Position numbers and translations under genes: made by a program
Shown here: in pieces, positions 10,883 through 22,560 of the stretch
Layout: every line of letters begins with the position of its first letter
Position numbering within the stretch: position 1 is the stretch's first letter
The notes under the pieces: model-generated
Database searches by the model: none
The model's input: only the letters and a program-made list of their open reading frames with translations
What the model was told of the DNA's origin: nothing
From: Nemertoderma westbladi
Taxonomy: Eukaryota; Animalia; Xenacoelomorpha
Length of the DNA stretch: 64,000 nucleotides
Direction of reading: 5' to 3'
Assembly: GCA_032718475.1 (NCBI GenBank)
Contig: JAUCBJ010000969.1
Coordinates: 1-64,000, forward strand

Positions 10883-13800
10883 TTAAACGGGTTTAGCATT
10901 GTCACCAATGTCTGCAGCAGGATCCGGAGTAGGGAACTTATCACCTCTCTTGGAGTCACCACTGTCATTGCCTTCAAGAAGGCACAGCCTCTGGATAGGG
11001 CGTTGGTAGTGGCCCTTTGCCCTTCGTATCGTCACAGTCCTCGCAAGTCCGTCTTTGCTCGGGTGTATTGTCACGACTCTCGCCACAGGCCAGTGGGCGC
11101 AGTCTTTGAGATCTTCTTTCACTAGTACCATGTCGCCAACTGCGACATTCCTATAGGTGTTGTTCCACTTCCTCCTGGTCCGGAGGGCTATGAGGTACTC
11201 CTGGGCCCAGATTCTCCACCAATGCGCTGCCAATGCTTGGGCCTTCTTCCAATTTGTATGTCTCGCGATATCGTTGGGATCTGGAAACATCGTCTCAGGG
11301 AGAATATGGGTTTTGGGTCTTCCCAGTAGGTGGTTAGGAGTGAGAGGCTCCAGGTCTGTGGGGTCGTCGCGGATAGGGACAATGGGCCGGTTGTTCAGGG
11401 TAGCCGTGACCTCGCAGAATGTTGTGCGGAGGGTGTCATGGGTTACCCGGGTGTCTCCTAATGCGACGCGCATGGATCGTTTTACTAAGTCGATTAGTTT
11501 CTCCCATACCCCGCTCGTATGGGGTGCTAAGGGTGTTTGGAAGTGCCACTGTATATGGTGGTCCTCCAGACTTGGGATGCGGTGTCCTTGGTAAACCATC
11601 CCTCGATCGCCTCTCTAAGTTCTCTTTCTCCTCCCACAAAGTTTGTACCATTATCGGAGTACATATGACGACATGTCCCATTGTTCACCACGAACCGACG
11701 CAGGGCGTTGATGAATGCGTGTTGCGTAAGGTTCACCACGATGTCTAGGTAGATTGCCCTAGACCTAAGGCAGGTAAAGATGGCTCCCCAGCAATTGATG
11801 TTGGATCGTCGCTCGATGACCGTAAACGGTCCGAAACAGTCTACTCCAGTTACATAGAACGGTGGGGAATTGGACTGTAGACGTGTGGCTGGTAAGTCGG
11901 CCATCTTTTGTGTGAGTGGTGGCGCTCGATATCTTCTGCAGGGAAAACAACGTTTTAACACTTTCCGGATCAGTGGCTGGATGTGGGTGATCCAATACCT
12001 TTGTCGTATATTAGCTATAATCCAGTTCTGTCCTGCGTGATGGTTTTCCTCGTGACACTGTTGGATTAATAGCTTGGCTAGTGTCGACGTTCCGGGCAGA
12101 AGCGCTGGGTATTTGACCTCATATTCAACCGGGGCGTTTGCCATCCGGGTATTCAGTCGGATCAGTCCGTCCTCTCCCATCATTGGTCTCAGTTGGTAGA
12201 CTGGGCTGTCCGGTTTCAAGGTCTTGCCCGCACTGAGTTGTTCCCACTCATCGGGGAAACTTTCTCTCTGGACATATCCAACAATACACTTCTCCGCGAT
12301 AATGAGTTCTTTTATACTCCGTTGAACTATCGGCTTGTTGTCTTTCCACCGTAGGAAGTTGCGAAGGGTTATAACGTGGTGGATGAGACGTCTCATTGAT
12401 GAAGTTCGCTCGATCAACAGGTGTAAAGACGCCGCTGGTTGAGTGATCGTCGCGACGTTATAGTGCCTGCCCGAGTCCTTTGCAGGCTCGGTCAGACAAC
12501 TATAGATTTCCACTGCATTGCTTCTATGGACTTTACAGATCTCCTTGTCGTCCTCGGAGTATTTTCCACTATCGAGTTCGGGATCGAATCGGGTACTCCA
12601 TGTTAATTGTGGCTGCTGTAGGAATTCCGGGCCTGTAAGCCAGAGTTTATTTTTACCGAGTTGTTTTGGGGTGGCGCCTCGGCTTGATAAGTCTGCTGGA
12701 TTTTCTTTTCCATTCACGTGGTGCCACTGTTCTCGGCCGGTACACTGTTTTATCTCCGTGGCTCGGTTCGCTACAAACGTGGTGTGACGCCGTGATGGAG
12801 AGTGGAGATAGTAGAGAATGATACTCGAATCGACCCAGAAGTGTTGAGATTCGATGGGGATTCGTATGTTCCGCATGACCATGCGGTTCTGTCTCACTGC
12901 CCAAACTGCGGCCTGTAGCTCAAGTCTCGGAATCGTTGCTACGAATTCCCCGGATACTGTCTTAGCTTTAGAAAATAAGAAGCTCGTATCGCCGTTTCCA
13001 TCGTTACTTAGTCTTCTTAAGAAAGTGACTACGCCGATTCCGGTATTCGAAGCATCCGAGAAGGTATGGAGCTGGAAGATATCGGTGGGTAGTTTATCGA
13101 GGAAGAACGGTCGAGGGATCCGCATAAGATGTAGGTGTTCGAGCTGTTCCGTCCACTTTCTCCATTTGACACTGAGGTGGGGGGGAGTTCTTCATCCCAT
13201 CCCAGTCCTTCTATCCACATTTCCTTAATCAGATTCATTCCGGCCAAGGTTACCGGAGATATGAAATTTAGTGGGTCAAATATTGCACTTTTTATTGACA
13301 AACATCCCCTTTTCGTCATAGGCTTGGGTAGGGGGTTATATTTGAAAATGAATTCATCTGATTCTATGTCCCATTCAATGCCGAGTACACGGTGTTCCAC
13401 ATCCTCGGAATACATTTTATTATTGTCCAGTCGGATTTCTTCCGGAAACCTTTCCATAAGTTTTTTGTCGTGGGATCTGAACCTCCTTTCTTTAGACATT
13501 CCACCATCCCCATTGCTAGCTGATATGCCTCGTCAACATTATCTGCGCCGGCGCATCCGTCGTCCACGTAGAAGCATCGTCGGATGGTTTCTATGACGGT
13601 TGGAGGGAACTCGTTATCGCACATAGTTGCCGTTTTCTTCAGCATGTCACTACATGCTACCGGCGAGTCCTTAGCGCCGAAGATCCTGACGATCATGCGC
13701 ATTACGTCTACATCCTTCAATGTAAGTTGACTAATCTCCTGGGGAGTTAATGTTTTGTCCGTCCATAATATACGCAGACAGTCTGAGTCTCTTGGTAGCG

Positions 13801-15268
13801 TACGGACCTGGTGAAACATCGCTTTGATGTCGCAGGTGAATGCTATCCGGTTTTCCCTGAACCTGATCAACACGCCAATGAGTGTACAGTATATGTTGGG
13901 CCCCGTATAAAGCTGGCTGTTCAGGGATTCGCCTTGATACATAGCGGGAGCGGCGGCATCATTGACTACTCGGATTTTACCACCCTTCCGGGCTTCTACC
14001 ACATAGTGGGTTGGGAGATAATATGTTCTTTTACCCCCTTGCAGTTCATTCCGGGGTACCATTTCTGCTAATCCATCTTCGAGATATCCTTTGATTACAT
14101 TATTATATTTCTCCTTTATCTCGGGTTGGTCATTCAGCCGGCGTAGGATCCCTTTAAGTCGCCTAAGGGCCATGTTGGCGTTATTCGCCATTGGTTTATT
14201 TGGGTCCTTCCATAACATGGGTGAACACCAGTGTCCGTCTTTGAACGTGGCCTGATCAAGGACGTCAATACAATATTGATCCTCCTCGGACGGGTTTTCG
14301 TCCTTTTCAGCGAACTCTTGGGTCTCTAGATTAAAGTATTTAGTCATCTCCTGCTGGGTTTTCTTGGTCTCAAGAAACAAATCCTCGTCAAGGTCTGTAG
14401 CTGAACAATAACCCACGGAGGTTGCATTCTCTTTAATCTGACATTTAGGAAGGTATGTATAGGTGTCTGTAGTCTCTTCCTTGATGCCGCAGAGTGTCCA
14501 TCCCATGATTGTTCGTTCAGCGTAAAAGCCGTCATCCTGCTTTATAGATCGGGCGACGTCTCCGGTGGGTATGTGTAATTCCGGTGTGTCAAGTCCGATC
14601 AATAAGGTGATGCGGTTTACGTCCAATGGCGGGCACCTTAGGTCTACATCTTCTCGGTCCAACTGTATGAGAGGGGCGTATTCGGCTGATTGTCAGAACC
14701 GCACTCGGAGATCTGTGTGTACCAAGGCATTCTTGATTATCAGCTTAACCGTCTCGTAGCCCTTCATTACTCCTTCCATCTGGAGCTGCACCTCCCCTGA
14801 TTCTACTTCTCTGTGGTCGGTGATAGTTTGTATGGGCCGTTTGCAAGGTTCATAGTCTAGGCCGAGTTGCTCGAGGAAATCCCGGTCGATGATGGTTCCG
14901 TCCGACCCGTTATCAAGGAACGCGAGCATTGTCAAGGATTTCCTGACCCCTTGAATTCTTACTGGGATTACTTTGGCGAAGACCATATAACGGCGATTTA
15001 TAAGGTTGATCATGGCTGAGATATTTGTCACTTGTGATGCATCAGTGGAGGTTTTAAACGGGTTGGTTTCTCTCCGTTGGGTTGTCCGGGTTCCTTTAGA
15101 AACGTGGTTCGTTTCTCCTCTTCGTTTGGCTTCAATCCGAAAGGGGAGGGTGGTGAAGTCAAAGTTCGCGGGGATGTGGAGGAGTGTGTGATGACGTAGG
15201 TCATTACAGACCGCACAGCACGATCTTTGGTCGCAATCCCGAACATAGTTCCAAGACACCGGAAGCAT
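10883..15268 (-). pseudogene. pol: BEL/Pao pol (aspartic protease, RT, RNase H, integrase), split by stops and frameshifts
   Basis: Protease FLDNGSD (14693-15268); RT KIRVVNDAAA, DIKAMFHQV, FYVDD (13364-14662); Pao RNase H LHTFSDAS...TIPRLELQAA...WVDS...NPAD (11527-13125); integrase HHCC, GVDCFGP, SDNGTNF, GVWEKLI and C-terminal WPVARVVTIHPSKDGLAR (10883-11599). Confidence 0.95.
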
Positions 15269-17478
15269 CCTCGGTGTTTCATTATTGCCTCGAAGCGTGG
15301 GACGAGTTCGGCAAACTAGAACTTCCTGCAGAATTCCACTTTATGTTTCTCTCCGCAGAAGAGACAGAGAAGGGAGTTTGTGATTCCTTCCCTTTCGGGT
15401 GCCCAATTCGCAAGATAACACGCCCATTCCTCGGCTGATGTTGGTTCCTCGTAGTCTTCATCGTCGGAATCCTCGGCCATGGTGATAGCCATCGTACTCA
15501 CCGGAGGGGGACGGAATCTCGGTTTCTGAGTGGGTGTCTTACTCCTGGAGTTGCTCTCTATTCCGTCTAACTTGGCGAGACTTTGTTTCGAGAACATCGA
15601 GTCATTCATGGCTTCGGAGATATCGTCCAGGAATGCCGACATTTCGAGGGAACTGGGATCTCGATCTGGGTGTCTGCGCCGGAGATCTACGCATTTATAG
15701 GCCCACTTACTTTGCAGCCATCCGGGGAACTTTCGGGCGATCTGTCGGAGGTTTAGAATGTTGTTTACTTGTTCCTCCTTATTTAATGGTTTTAGAGTGT
15801 AGTAGGCATCCTTCATGGAATCTGAGAATTCCTGGATATTCTGTGGGTCCCCTAGGGATCCCGCGTCCTGTATCAGTTTCTCGAGAGTTTTATTAATTAT
15901 AGTCCCGATATTTCCGTATCTTTTATCTAGAGTTTTCCATGCGTCATAGTATGCCTCATGAGCTCCTCCCTCAAAGCATGCGATAATCCGGCGTGGTTTG
16001 ACGCCCAGGTATTGGGATAAATATACTAGTTTTTGTGCGTCGGCTATGTCCATTGACCCAATCTGCGCGAAAAACCGTTTCTTGAATCTGAGGTAATCGA
16101 CGGGATCTCCTTCGAAGGTGCGGATCTCCATCTTGGGCATGGCCAGTCGGTTCTCTAATGCCCGGATAATGCCAACGTCGTCTGAACCGGAGTGACTAGG
16201 AGGGTTATAGTTATTGGCACTCTCTCCCATACACGATGGATCGATGATAGGTGGAGTTTTAATGATGACGCGGCTACAGATTTGTGGTGTGGATGTAAAT
16301 GGGTTGTTGGAACCGGGAGTGGCGACCCGTTCCGAGTCCTTTTCAGGCTCGTACTTGGGAACGCTCGGGACCATGGGATTGGCTGGGATATAAGGTTCCT
16401 CATTCTTAAGCGTAACCGGTGGGGGATGGAATACCGGTGCTTGTGCCGATAACGTAGACTGTATGGTAGGCGGGAACTCGGGTTTCGGAGGTTTCACCGC
16501 CGGTGTCGTTAATGACTTCTCTAATTCTGATATCGGTATTGGTTCATAGTTCTGATCTATACCCCTTTCCCAGTCCTCGTATATTTGAATATCTCGTTCT
16601 ATAAGCGCGGCTTCGTATTCCGCGAGTTTTGCAATATCCGCATTCTTTTTGTGGATGAGAATCGCTTGGGCCTCGGCGTGTTGTTTACGCATTTCTGCCT
16701 CCCATTTACGTTGTTCGATCTCCTGTTTGGCCTCTCGTTCGCGTTGTTCGGCCTGCCGTTCGGCCTCTTGTTTGGCCTCTCGTCTACGTTGTTCAGCCTC
16801 CTGTTCGCGTTGTTCGGCCTGCCGTTCGGCCTCTTGTCTATGCTGTTCGGCCTCCTGTTCGGCCTCTCGTTTTTGCATTTCGGCTGCTAATACATCTTGC
16901 TCGACTTGCAGTTGAACATACTCATCTTCCATCCGAGCTTTGAGGGCTAATGCCTTCTGTTCTCGTAGCTGATCTCGGAGTGGCTGACCCCCTTGAGAAC
17001 TGCGTGCCGAACCGGACCTCTCGCTCCTAGCGCTGGAATGCTGGTTCCTAGAGGACCCCGTTCTCTTTCGATGAATTGCTGTCCTGGTGCTGGAGGATCG
17101 CACTGATTCTGAGTCTGTTCTTTCCGCTCTTTTATAGTACTGTTCCTCGTAGCCTCTAACGAGGCTGAGGGTCCTCCGGTGTTGTTTGCGGAATTCATCT
17201 AGATGTACAACATGTTCCTCTAATCTGGGGTAGTTTACCTGATTGGTGGCGGGAATGAGTTCTTGATACTCCTGTATCATCCTCTCATATCGTTGTAAGA
17301 TACTTCGGATATTCTGAAGCTGAGTTTGTATCTCGTTGAGGGGAGTTTCGACTCTCTTGAGTTGTTTCTCTATACATTGATACGCTCGAGTGACTCTGCC
17401 TTTGAGAGCGCCTAGTCGACGGGTCATGTTCTTGACATTCGGTACCTCGTTGGCTTCCGAGTCTGTGTGGGTGTCCAT
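15170..17478 (-). CDS. gag: BEL/Pao gag (coiled coil, DUF1759-like core, three zinc knuckles); premature stop and frameshift at the C-terminus
   Basis: ORF 15316-17511, first ATG at 17478; MPKMEIRTFEGDPVDY...KLVYLSQYL...AWKTLDKRYG; knuckles CLFCGEKH, CFRCLG and CAVCNDLRHHTLLH spread across a stop and a frameshift. Confidence 0.9.
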
Positions 17479-17507
17479 CTCGTCGGTGTCGGAGACGTTG
17501 TTTGTCG

Positions 17508-17699
17508 TCAATCTAGCGCCTCGTTGATAGCTAGATATGCGATGTCGTAAAATAGTTCTTCGTAGCTCTCGTACTCGGCTTGGACTACCCGAATGGTAAT
17601 CCTGAATCGTCCGACGTTCGTTCCTTGTACTTCAACCTCGACGTGCCAGATTCCTGGCTCAACTTGGATTATGTCAATAGGTGTGATCGATACTTCCAT
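17508..17699 (-). CDS. Short upstream ORF (63 aa) in the BEL leader; function unknown
   Basis: ATG-initiated, not low complexity, ends ~30 nt before the gag ATG; no homologue recognised. Confidence 0.3.
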   Translation of the reverse strand: MEVSITPIDIIQVEPGIWHVEVEVQGTNVGRFRITIRVVQAEYESYEELFYDIAYLAINEALD

Positions 17700-17907
17700 T
17701 CCCTGTTAACGACTCTCTTATATGTGATCTGCCAACTACGAGTTTTTTATATCGAGTTTGTTGATTGATTAAACCACAGCTTTGTCTTAACTCAAATACC
17801 AGAGTTTCCTCGTAGTGGGTTCTGGGTAAGCACGGAGAGAGTTTGAAGAGTATTGTAGGATTCCCAACTTCCACCAGTTGAAGTTGGCCGCGTCTTATTC
17901 TCAATTT

Positions 17908-18387
17908 TGTTGCCGTTATTCCCGACACCATGGGGGAAAACGCCGATGCTGGAGGCGGAACTTTTCAGACCACGGAATCCCGGCCAGTCACCAGATATTG
18001 ATTGTGGAGAAGGAATACGTTCTTAAATGCAAGATTGCGGTTGAGGAAAAGCTGCATTGGTTGGATATACTCTTTAATGTAACTTCCCTACAGTTGAACC
18101 TTGATTGAGAATAAGTTGGGCTTCCCCAAATCAATATACACCAAATATTCACAATAATAATACACGACAATATAAATCCCTTTTCCTTCCCCCCCTGGCC
18201 CTTATATACATGAAATGAGTCCCGTACCCCGTAAGTCGCCCCAATATTCGCCCATAAATCGCCCCCAGTTCATTGAGTGTGCCCAAAACCCATGTTCCCG
18301 CACCCAGTAGTGATATCGGAATAATCATTTTAAATAAATCCAAAAAATATTCAACTCGCGTTAGGAAAAGTTGAAATACCGCGAACA
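17908..18387 (-). repeat. 5' LTR of BEL element 1
   Basis: Minus strand TGTTCGCG...GGCAACA, with TATATAA (~18202-18208) and an ATTAAA poly(A)-like signal (18073-18078). Confidence 0.95.
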
Positions 18388-19049
18388 TTGTGTTATCATT
18401 ATTAAGGGAAGCCCTATTGCTGTATTGTATTGTTATCAAGGCGTTCTTTACGCAAATAACGTCTTGTATTGTATACATTCACTGACCACAGCCGCAGCCA
18501 TCGAGTCAGACATCCAATAGAATCAACTCACCTTAAATTTGCTACAGTTTGTGTATGTGTCTCCTGGTCTGTGTCACTAATGAAATGCATACGCCCCATG
18601 ATAAATAAATGCATGTTCTGAAAGGAATATTTTACGACATTGGCTGCCGCTCCCATTTTAACTACTGCTGTACTAAGGGCCCTCCAACTTTGTTTCATTA
18701 TTAAATTGAATTATTAAATTAAATATATATATTTTCTGAAATAAATATTTATGACATGGGCTCTAGATATAAATAACGGTAGTTATGTAATAGCACTTTG
18801 GCAGCCCTAGGTGATTTACTGTCCATTCCGAAAGAGGCGACTATTGGGACTGTTTATACAGTATATTGAAAGAGAGTGTAAAAAAACTACAGTAGTAACA
18901 GAAGGCAATAATTCGGTGAAGATTTGAGTTGATGTAAGTATCCATATACATTATACAATCGTTGGTAATAACATTTTTCGTGCAGTCAACAAAAGGGGTT
19001 TCAACACATAAATTACATACAGTAGATACATACATACAGTGTCAAGTAC

Positions 19050-19358
19050 AATGCTCACATCTCCAACCAGACACTATATAACATTGGAGGTGTCTCATTG
19101 GTTCCCCCGAGCTTGACACTAGAACAAAATCGCCTCCGCTTTGCAGGACATTGCTTTTGCCGTGAGGACCAGCCAGTGCATAATCTTGTACTTTGGCGGC
19201 CTCATGGAGTGAATAAGCATGGTGGACAGCCCATGACTTTCTTGAGACGCATCATAAAGGACACTGGCCTTGAAGATGCGGATGATCTAGTAAATGTCAT
19301 GGGTGATAGGGAGTTGTGGCGGCGCAATTTTGTCGACAAGCAGGCACAGCATTCTTAA
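19050..19358 (+). mobile_element. 3' fragment of an RTE-type LINE ORF
   Basis: HISNQTLY...RLRFAGHCFCREDQP...LWRP...GGQPMTF...KDTG...MGDRELWR, typical of the RTE/RTEX C-terminus. Confidence 0.75.
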
Positions 19359-20027
19359 AAATGCAGCTGCAACGCAGCATGCCGATACTAGTAGTAGTAG
19401 TACATACAGTAGAGTATTAAAAGCTTGGCTCCGGCTTATTTTTCGCCACCCTCTGGCCTGCGCACGCCCGGTTAGACTCGCACCCACCCCCCGCTACGCA
19501 ACGCCACTGCTACTGGGGAATACATAGTATTCCAAATCGTATCTGTGATGTGTTTCCAGTTTTTTCGGCTTTTTAGCAAATTAAACTGTATGTACCGGTC
19601 CCATGGGCTCTGTGTCGAATCTAATTTAACTGAGGCCTAAGCGTTTTGCATGACATTTCTCTCGTATCTCATCTGGACCAATCAGGAAACAGTATTCGAC
19701 TACGCGTATGCATACGCGTATGTCAAATCGCTCAATGTAATATATAGAAAATAATAATAATAATATATTTATATAGCGCCTTTCTGAGCATATTTCAAGG
19801 CGCTTTTAGATACGTGGATACGTACGCACATACGTGGATACGTACGGCATACGTGGAAAAGTAAAACCCGCCAATGAGATGATTGTCATCGGCAACACCA
19901 CTCCAACACAAGTGAAAGTCAACTTTACTGGTATCTATTTGGTGCGTCCACATGTTACACCAGTTATGTATTTGATACCACCAACTTTATGCAGTCTACT
20001 CATACTCAAAAACGAACTTTTATTATA

Positions 20028-20227
20028 GGGTAGTGGGGCGGGGGGGGTGTGGGATTTTTGACGCAATCAGAATTCATCCCTCTCCAGGGGTAAATCGGCG
20101 CAAATAAAAGCTGATTGCTCCCAAAAATAAAATTAAACTACCTATTCTATTGACTTTCATTTATTGTTTTGGTTAGAAAAAATTATAATTTGGCGAGAAG
20201 ATACTCCCCCCCCCCCCCCCCACCCTG
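20028..20227. repeat. G/C-tract-bounded MITE-like repeat; inverted relative at 24361-24636
   Basis: gacgcaatcagaattcatccctctccaggggtaaatcggcgcaaataaaagctgatt matches the reverse complement of ~24549-24605. Confidence 0.65.
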
Positions 20228-20613
20228 TCTCGTAAAATTAGAATTAGGTGGACTTTTCGTTAGGAACATTGCTATTATGATTAAAACAAAACATTAATTT
20301 AATTATTAATTAATTTAATTAACACTTTGGAGAACTAACATTTAGGGAAGGTGCGATATAAGCAGTGCATGACTAATTGTTCCAATTTATTATTCTAGAA
20401 CTTGAAACATATTATTTAGAATTAGGTAAGTAAATAAACGAAAATAAGTGATAAATAAATAAATATAAGTGGCACAAGATAATACTGAATAATCACAATT
20501 AAGTAAGATTATATACAAGTAATAAATATATAAGTAACACAAAAATATAATTATTATTAGGTTTGCGATTGTATTCAATAATTTAAAGGTTCATAATTTA
20601 TAAGATTGCATTT

Positions 20614-22560
20614 TTATACTTTAACAAAGAATTTAATATAGTGGCAATAATAAGCGATAATAAGCCATAAGGTAGTGCCGAATATATTAACAAATAACCT
20701 GTAACCATGGGTTACTGGGGTGCACCAACTAAAGGGGAAGTCCCCGTGAGTGAGTTCGTGGCCCACATAGAGAAGTATTGAGTTCATACCGGCGAAGTAA
20801 AAGGGACTACCAGACCAAAAACTGAATAGGTCGATCAATATGTATAGGATAGCGACTAGGAAGAATGCCATCGCCCCTGTGGAGAGAATGTAGGATAGAG
20901 ACCAGAGGTTCTTATTGATTGGAATCCATCCGTCGTTTAAGGAGGCCTTACAAAGAAGTAGAGATAGGGAAGCGAGAATAAGGGACCACAGGAACCAGCG
21001 GTAAACGCGCTGCTTCCCACAGCCGTAGACGCTGAGGATACAACCGGCTTGGAAGCCAAGGAAGGTGAGCACGATGGATGTGAGACATCCGAGGATTCCT
21101 TCGGGGTCGTACGCCATCGCGCTGTGGTACAGCGCGGCTCCGGTGAACCGCGGGTATATGTGCGCCGGTGAGAGCACCACACGGTCTATGTAGCCCGCCG
21201 CACCGCCGGTGCAGTTGGGACCGCCGGGGGACAGCCCCCCGGGCCCCAGGTACCCGGTGGGACAGCCGGGGACCTCCAGTCCCAACGTGAGTCCCGTGTG
21301 GACCCCGAGGAGAGTGACGACTACGACCCACTGCGGCCAATAGTAGACTAGATCCCGCACCGGGGACCACCACTTGGCGACCGCTGCAACGTCGTTGACG
21401 CACCTTCGTCTAGGCAGCAGTATAAGCCCAACGACGAGATACGAGACAGCAAACCGCTGCAGAACCCCCGGGATTCGGAGTTTCGATAAATCGGTTCCCC
21501 AATGATCCCGACTCGAACCCGCTGTGTTGACGAAAATCCCCAAAGCGAAGAGAATAACGGAACGTCGGAGAACCTTATAGAGGATAGTTAACCGGGACGT
21601 GGCATTGCGTTCTAACGAGCGGAATGTTAACGCCATGCTGGTTCCCATCGCGAATATAAACCATGGGAACACCAAATCGGCGACGGTTAAACCGTTCCAC
21701 GGCGAGTGCTTGAAGAAGTAGTAACCGCCGCCACCGTAGTTAACGAATATCATGAGCGTGATAGCGACGCCGCGGAAAGTGTCCAGACTTCGGATCCGTT
21801 TCCGGGAGCTTCGTACCTCGAGAACGCCCACCGATATATCCGGTGTAATACCGCCGGTGACGGATGTTCCGACACTAGACGACGGAGGTTCGCCCAGCTC
21901 AGAGTTTATTAGCGTTTCGTTCTCCCCGTCGCAGCATAGCTTGCGTAGCCTCCGCCGGTGGTGCACAGGGAAGAGAACAAAGACGTAGATTAAACTCGCG
22001 CCTAATAGAACGCTAACTGCGACGATAAGCGGGATAACTGGATTGGACGGATGATTCAACGGCCATAAGTTACACACATATTGGCTGGAAGGCATGATTT
22101 CTGTACCTGTAACGAGGGACGCGACATCCATAGCAACCGGTAGACTCCCATTCTGTACGATCATTAGTTGGTAAATCCCAAACTCATCGAAATCGTAGTG
22201 AAGTCGACAAATACCGGAAGTGTTTCCGGATATCCGGACAGTAAACTCCACGGCTGAGTATACCATATCGATGAGAATCTGGTCGTCGGATTGCACGTCC
22301 AACCTCGCTACTCGGAACGGTTCGCATTGGTAACAGGAATCGTAGGTGATATAAACCCCAACGGGCACGTCTATAGTAGAGTTTATGTAAAGCAACGCCT
22401 GGTTAATAATTAGCGTCCCATCCCAGCTGGGTTTGGCAAGGCGATTGGGGGTCAGGGATGACTCAATATGATTCGTGGAATCTTTCGGGGAATCAAATAC
22501 CGGTACACCCACAGAAAGGAGTGACGATATTAGAATAGAGGTTGCTTGGAATACAATCAT
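20614..22560 (-). CDS. HGSNAT: Heparan-alpha-glucosaminide N-acetyltransferase, intronless (648 aa)
   Basis: RIRSLDTFRG...MIFVNYGGGGY.FFKHSPWNGLTVADLVFPWF, LRIPGVLQR, GCPTGYLGPGG, NCTGGAAGYIDR, YDPEGILG, INKNLWSLSY, GMNSILLYVGHE; N-terminal signal-like segment and luminal domain. Confidence 0.96.
   Translation of the reverse strand: MIVFQATSILISSLLSVGVPVFDSPKDSTNHIESSLTPNRLAKPSWDGTLIINQALLYINSTIDVPVGVYITYDSCYQCEPFRVARLDVQSDDQILIDMVYSAVEFTVRISGNTSGICRLHYDFDEFGIYQLMIVQNGSLPVAMDVASLVTGTEIMPSSQYVCNLWPLNHPSNPVIPLIVAVSVLLGASLIYVFVLFPVHHRRRLRKLCCDGENETLINSELGEPPSSSVGTSVTGGITPDISVGVLEVRSSRKRIRSLDTFRGVAITLMIFVNYGGGGYYFFKHSPWNGLTVADLVFPWFIFAMGTSMALTFRSLERNATSRLTILYKVLRRSVILFALGIFVNTAGSSRDHWGTDLSKLRIPGVLQRFAVSYLVVGLILLPRRRCVNDVAAVAKWWSPVRDLVYYWPQWVVVVTLLGVHTGLTLGLEVPGCPTGYLGPGGLSPGGPNCTGGAAGYIDRVVLSPAHIYPRFTGAALYHSAMAYDPEGILGCLTSIVLTFLGFQAGCILSVYGCGKQRVYRWFLWSLILASLSLLLCKASLNDGWIPINKNLWSLSYILSTGAMAFFLVAILYILIDLFSFWSGSPFYFAGMNSILLYVGHELTHGDFPFSWCTPVTHGYRLFVNIFGTTLWLIIAYYCHYIKFFVKV

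Larger units (their letters stand above)
6385..18387 (-). mobile_element. Full-length BEL/Pao LTR retrotransposon (12.0 kb) with an extra ORF
   Basis: Near-identical LTRs at 6385-6861 and 17908-18387 (TG...CA); 5-bp TSD TTGTG at 6380-6384 and 18388-18392; PPT (minus strand GGGGGGGAC) next to the 3' LTR; gag-PR-RT-RH-IN order with BEL-type motifs. Confidence 0.96.
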
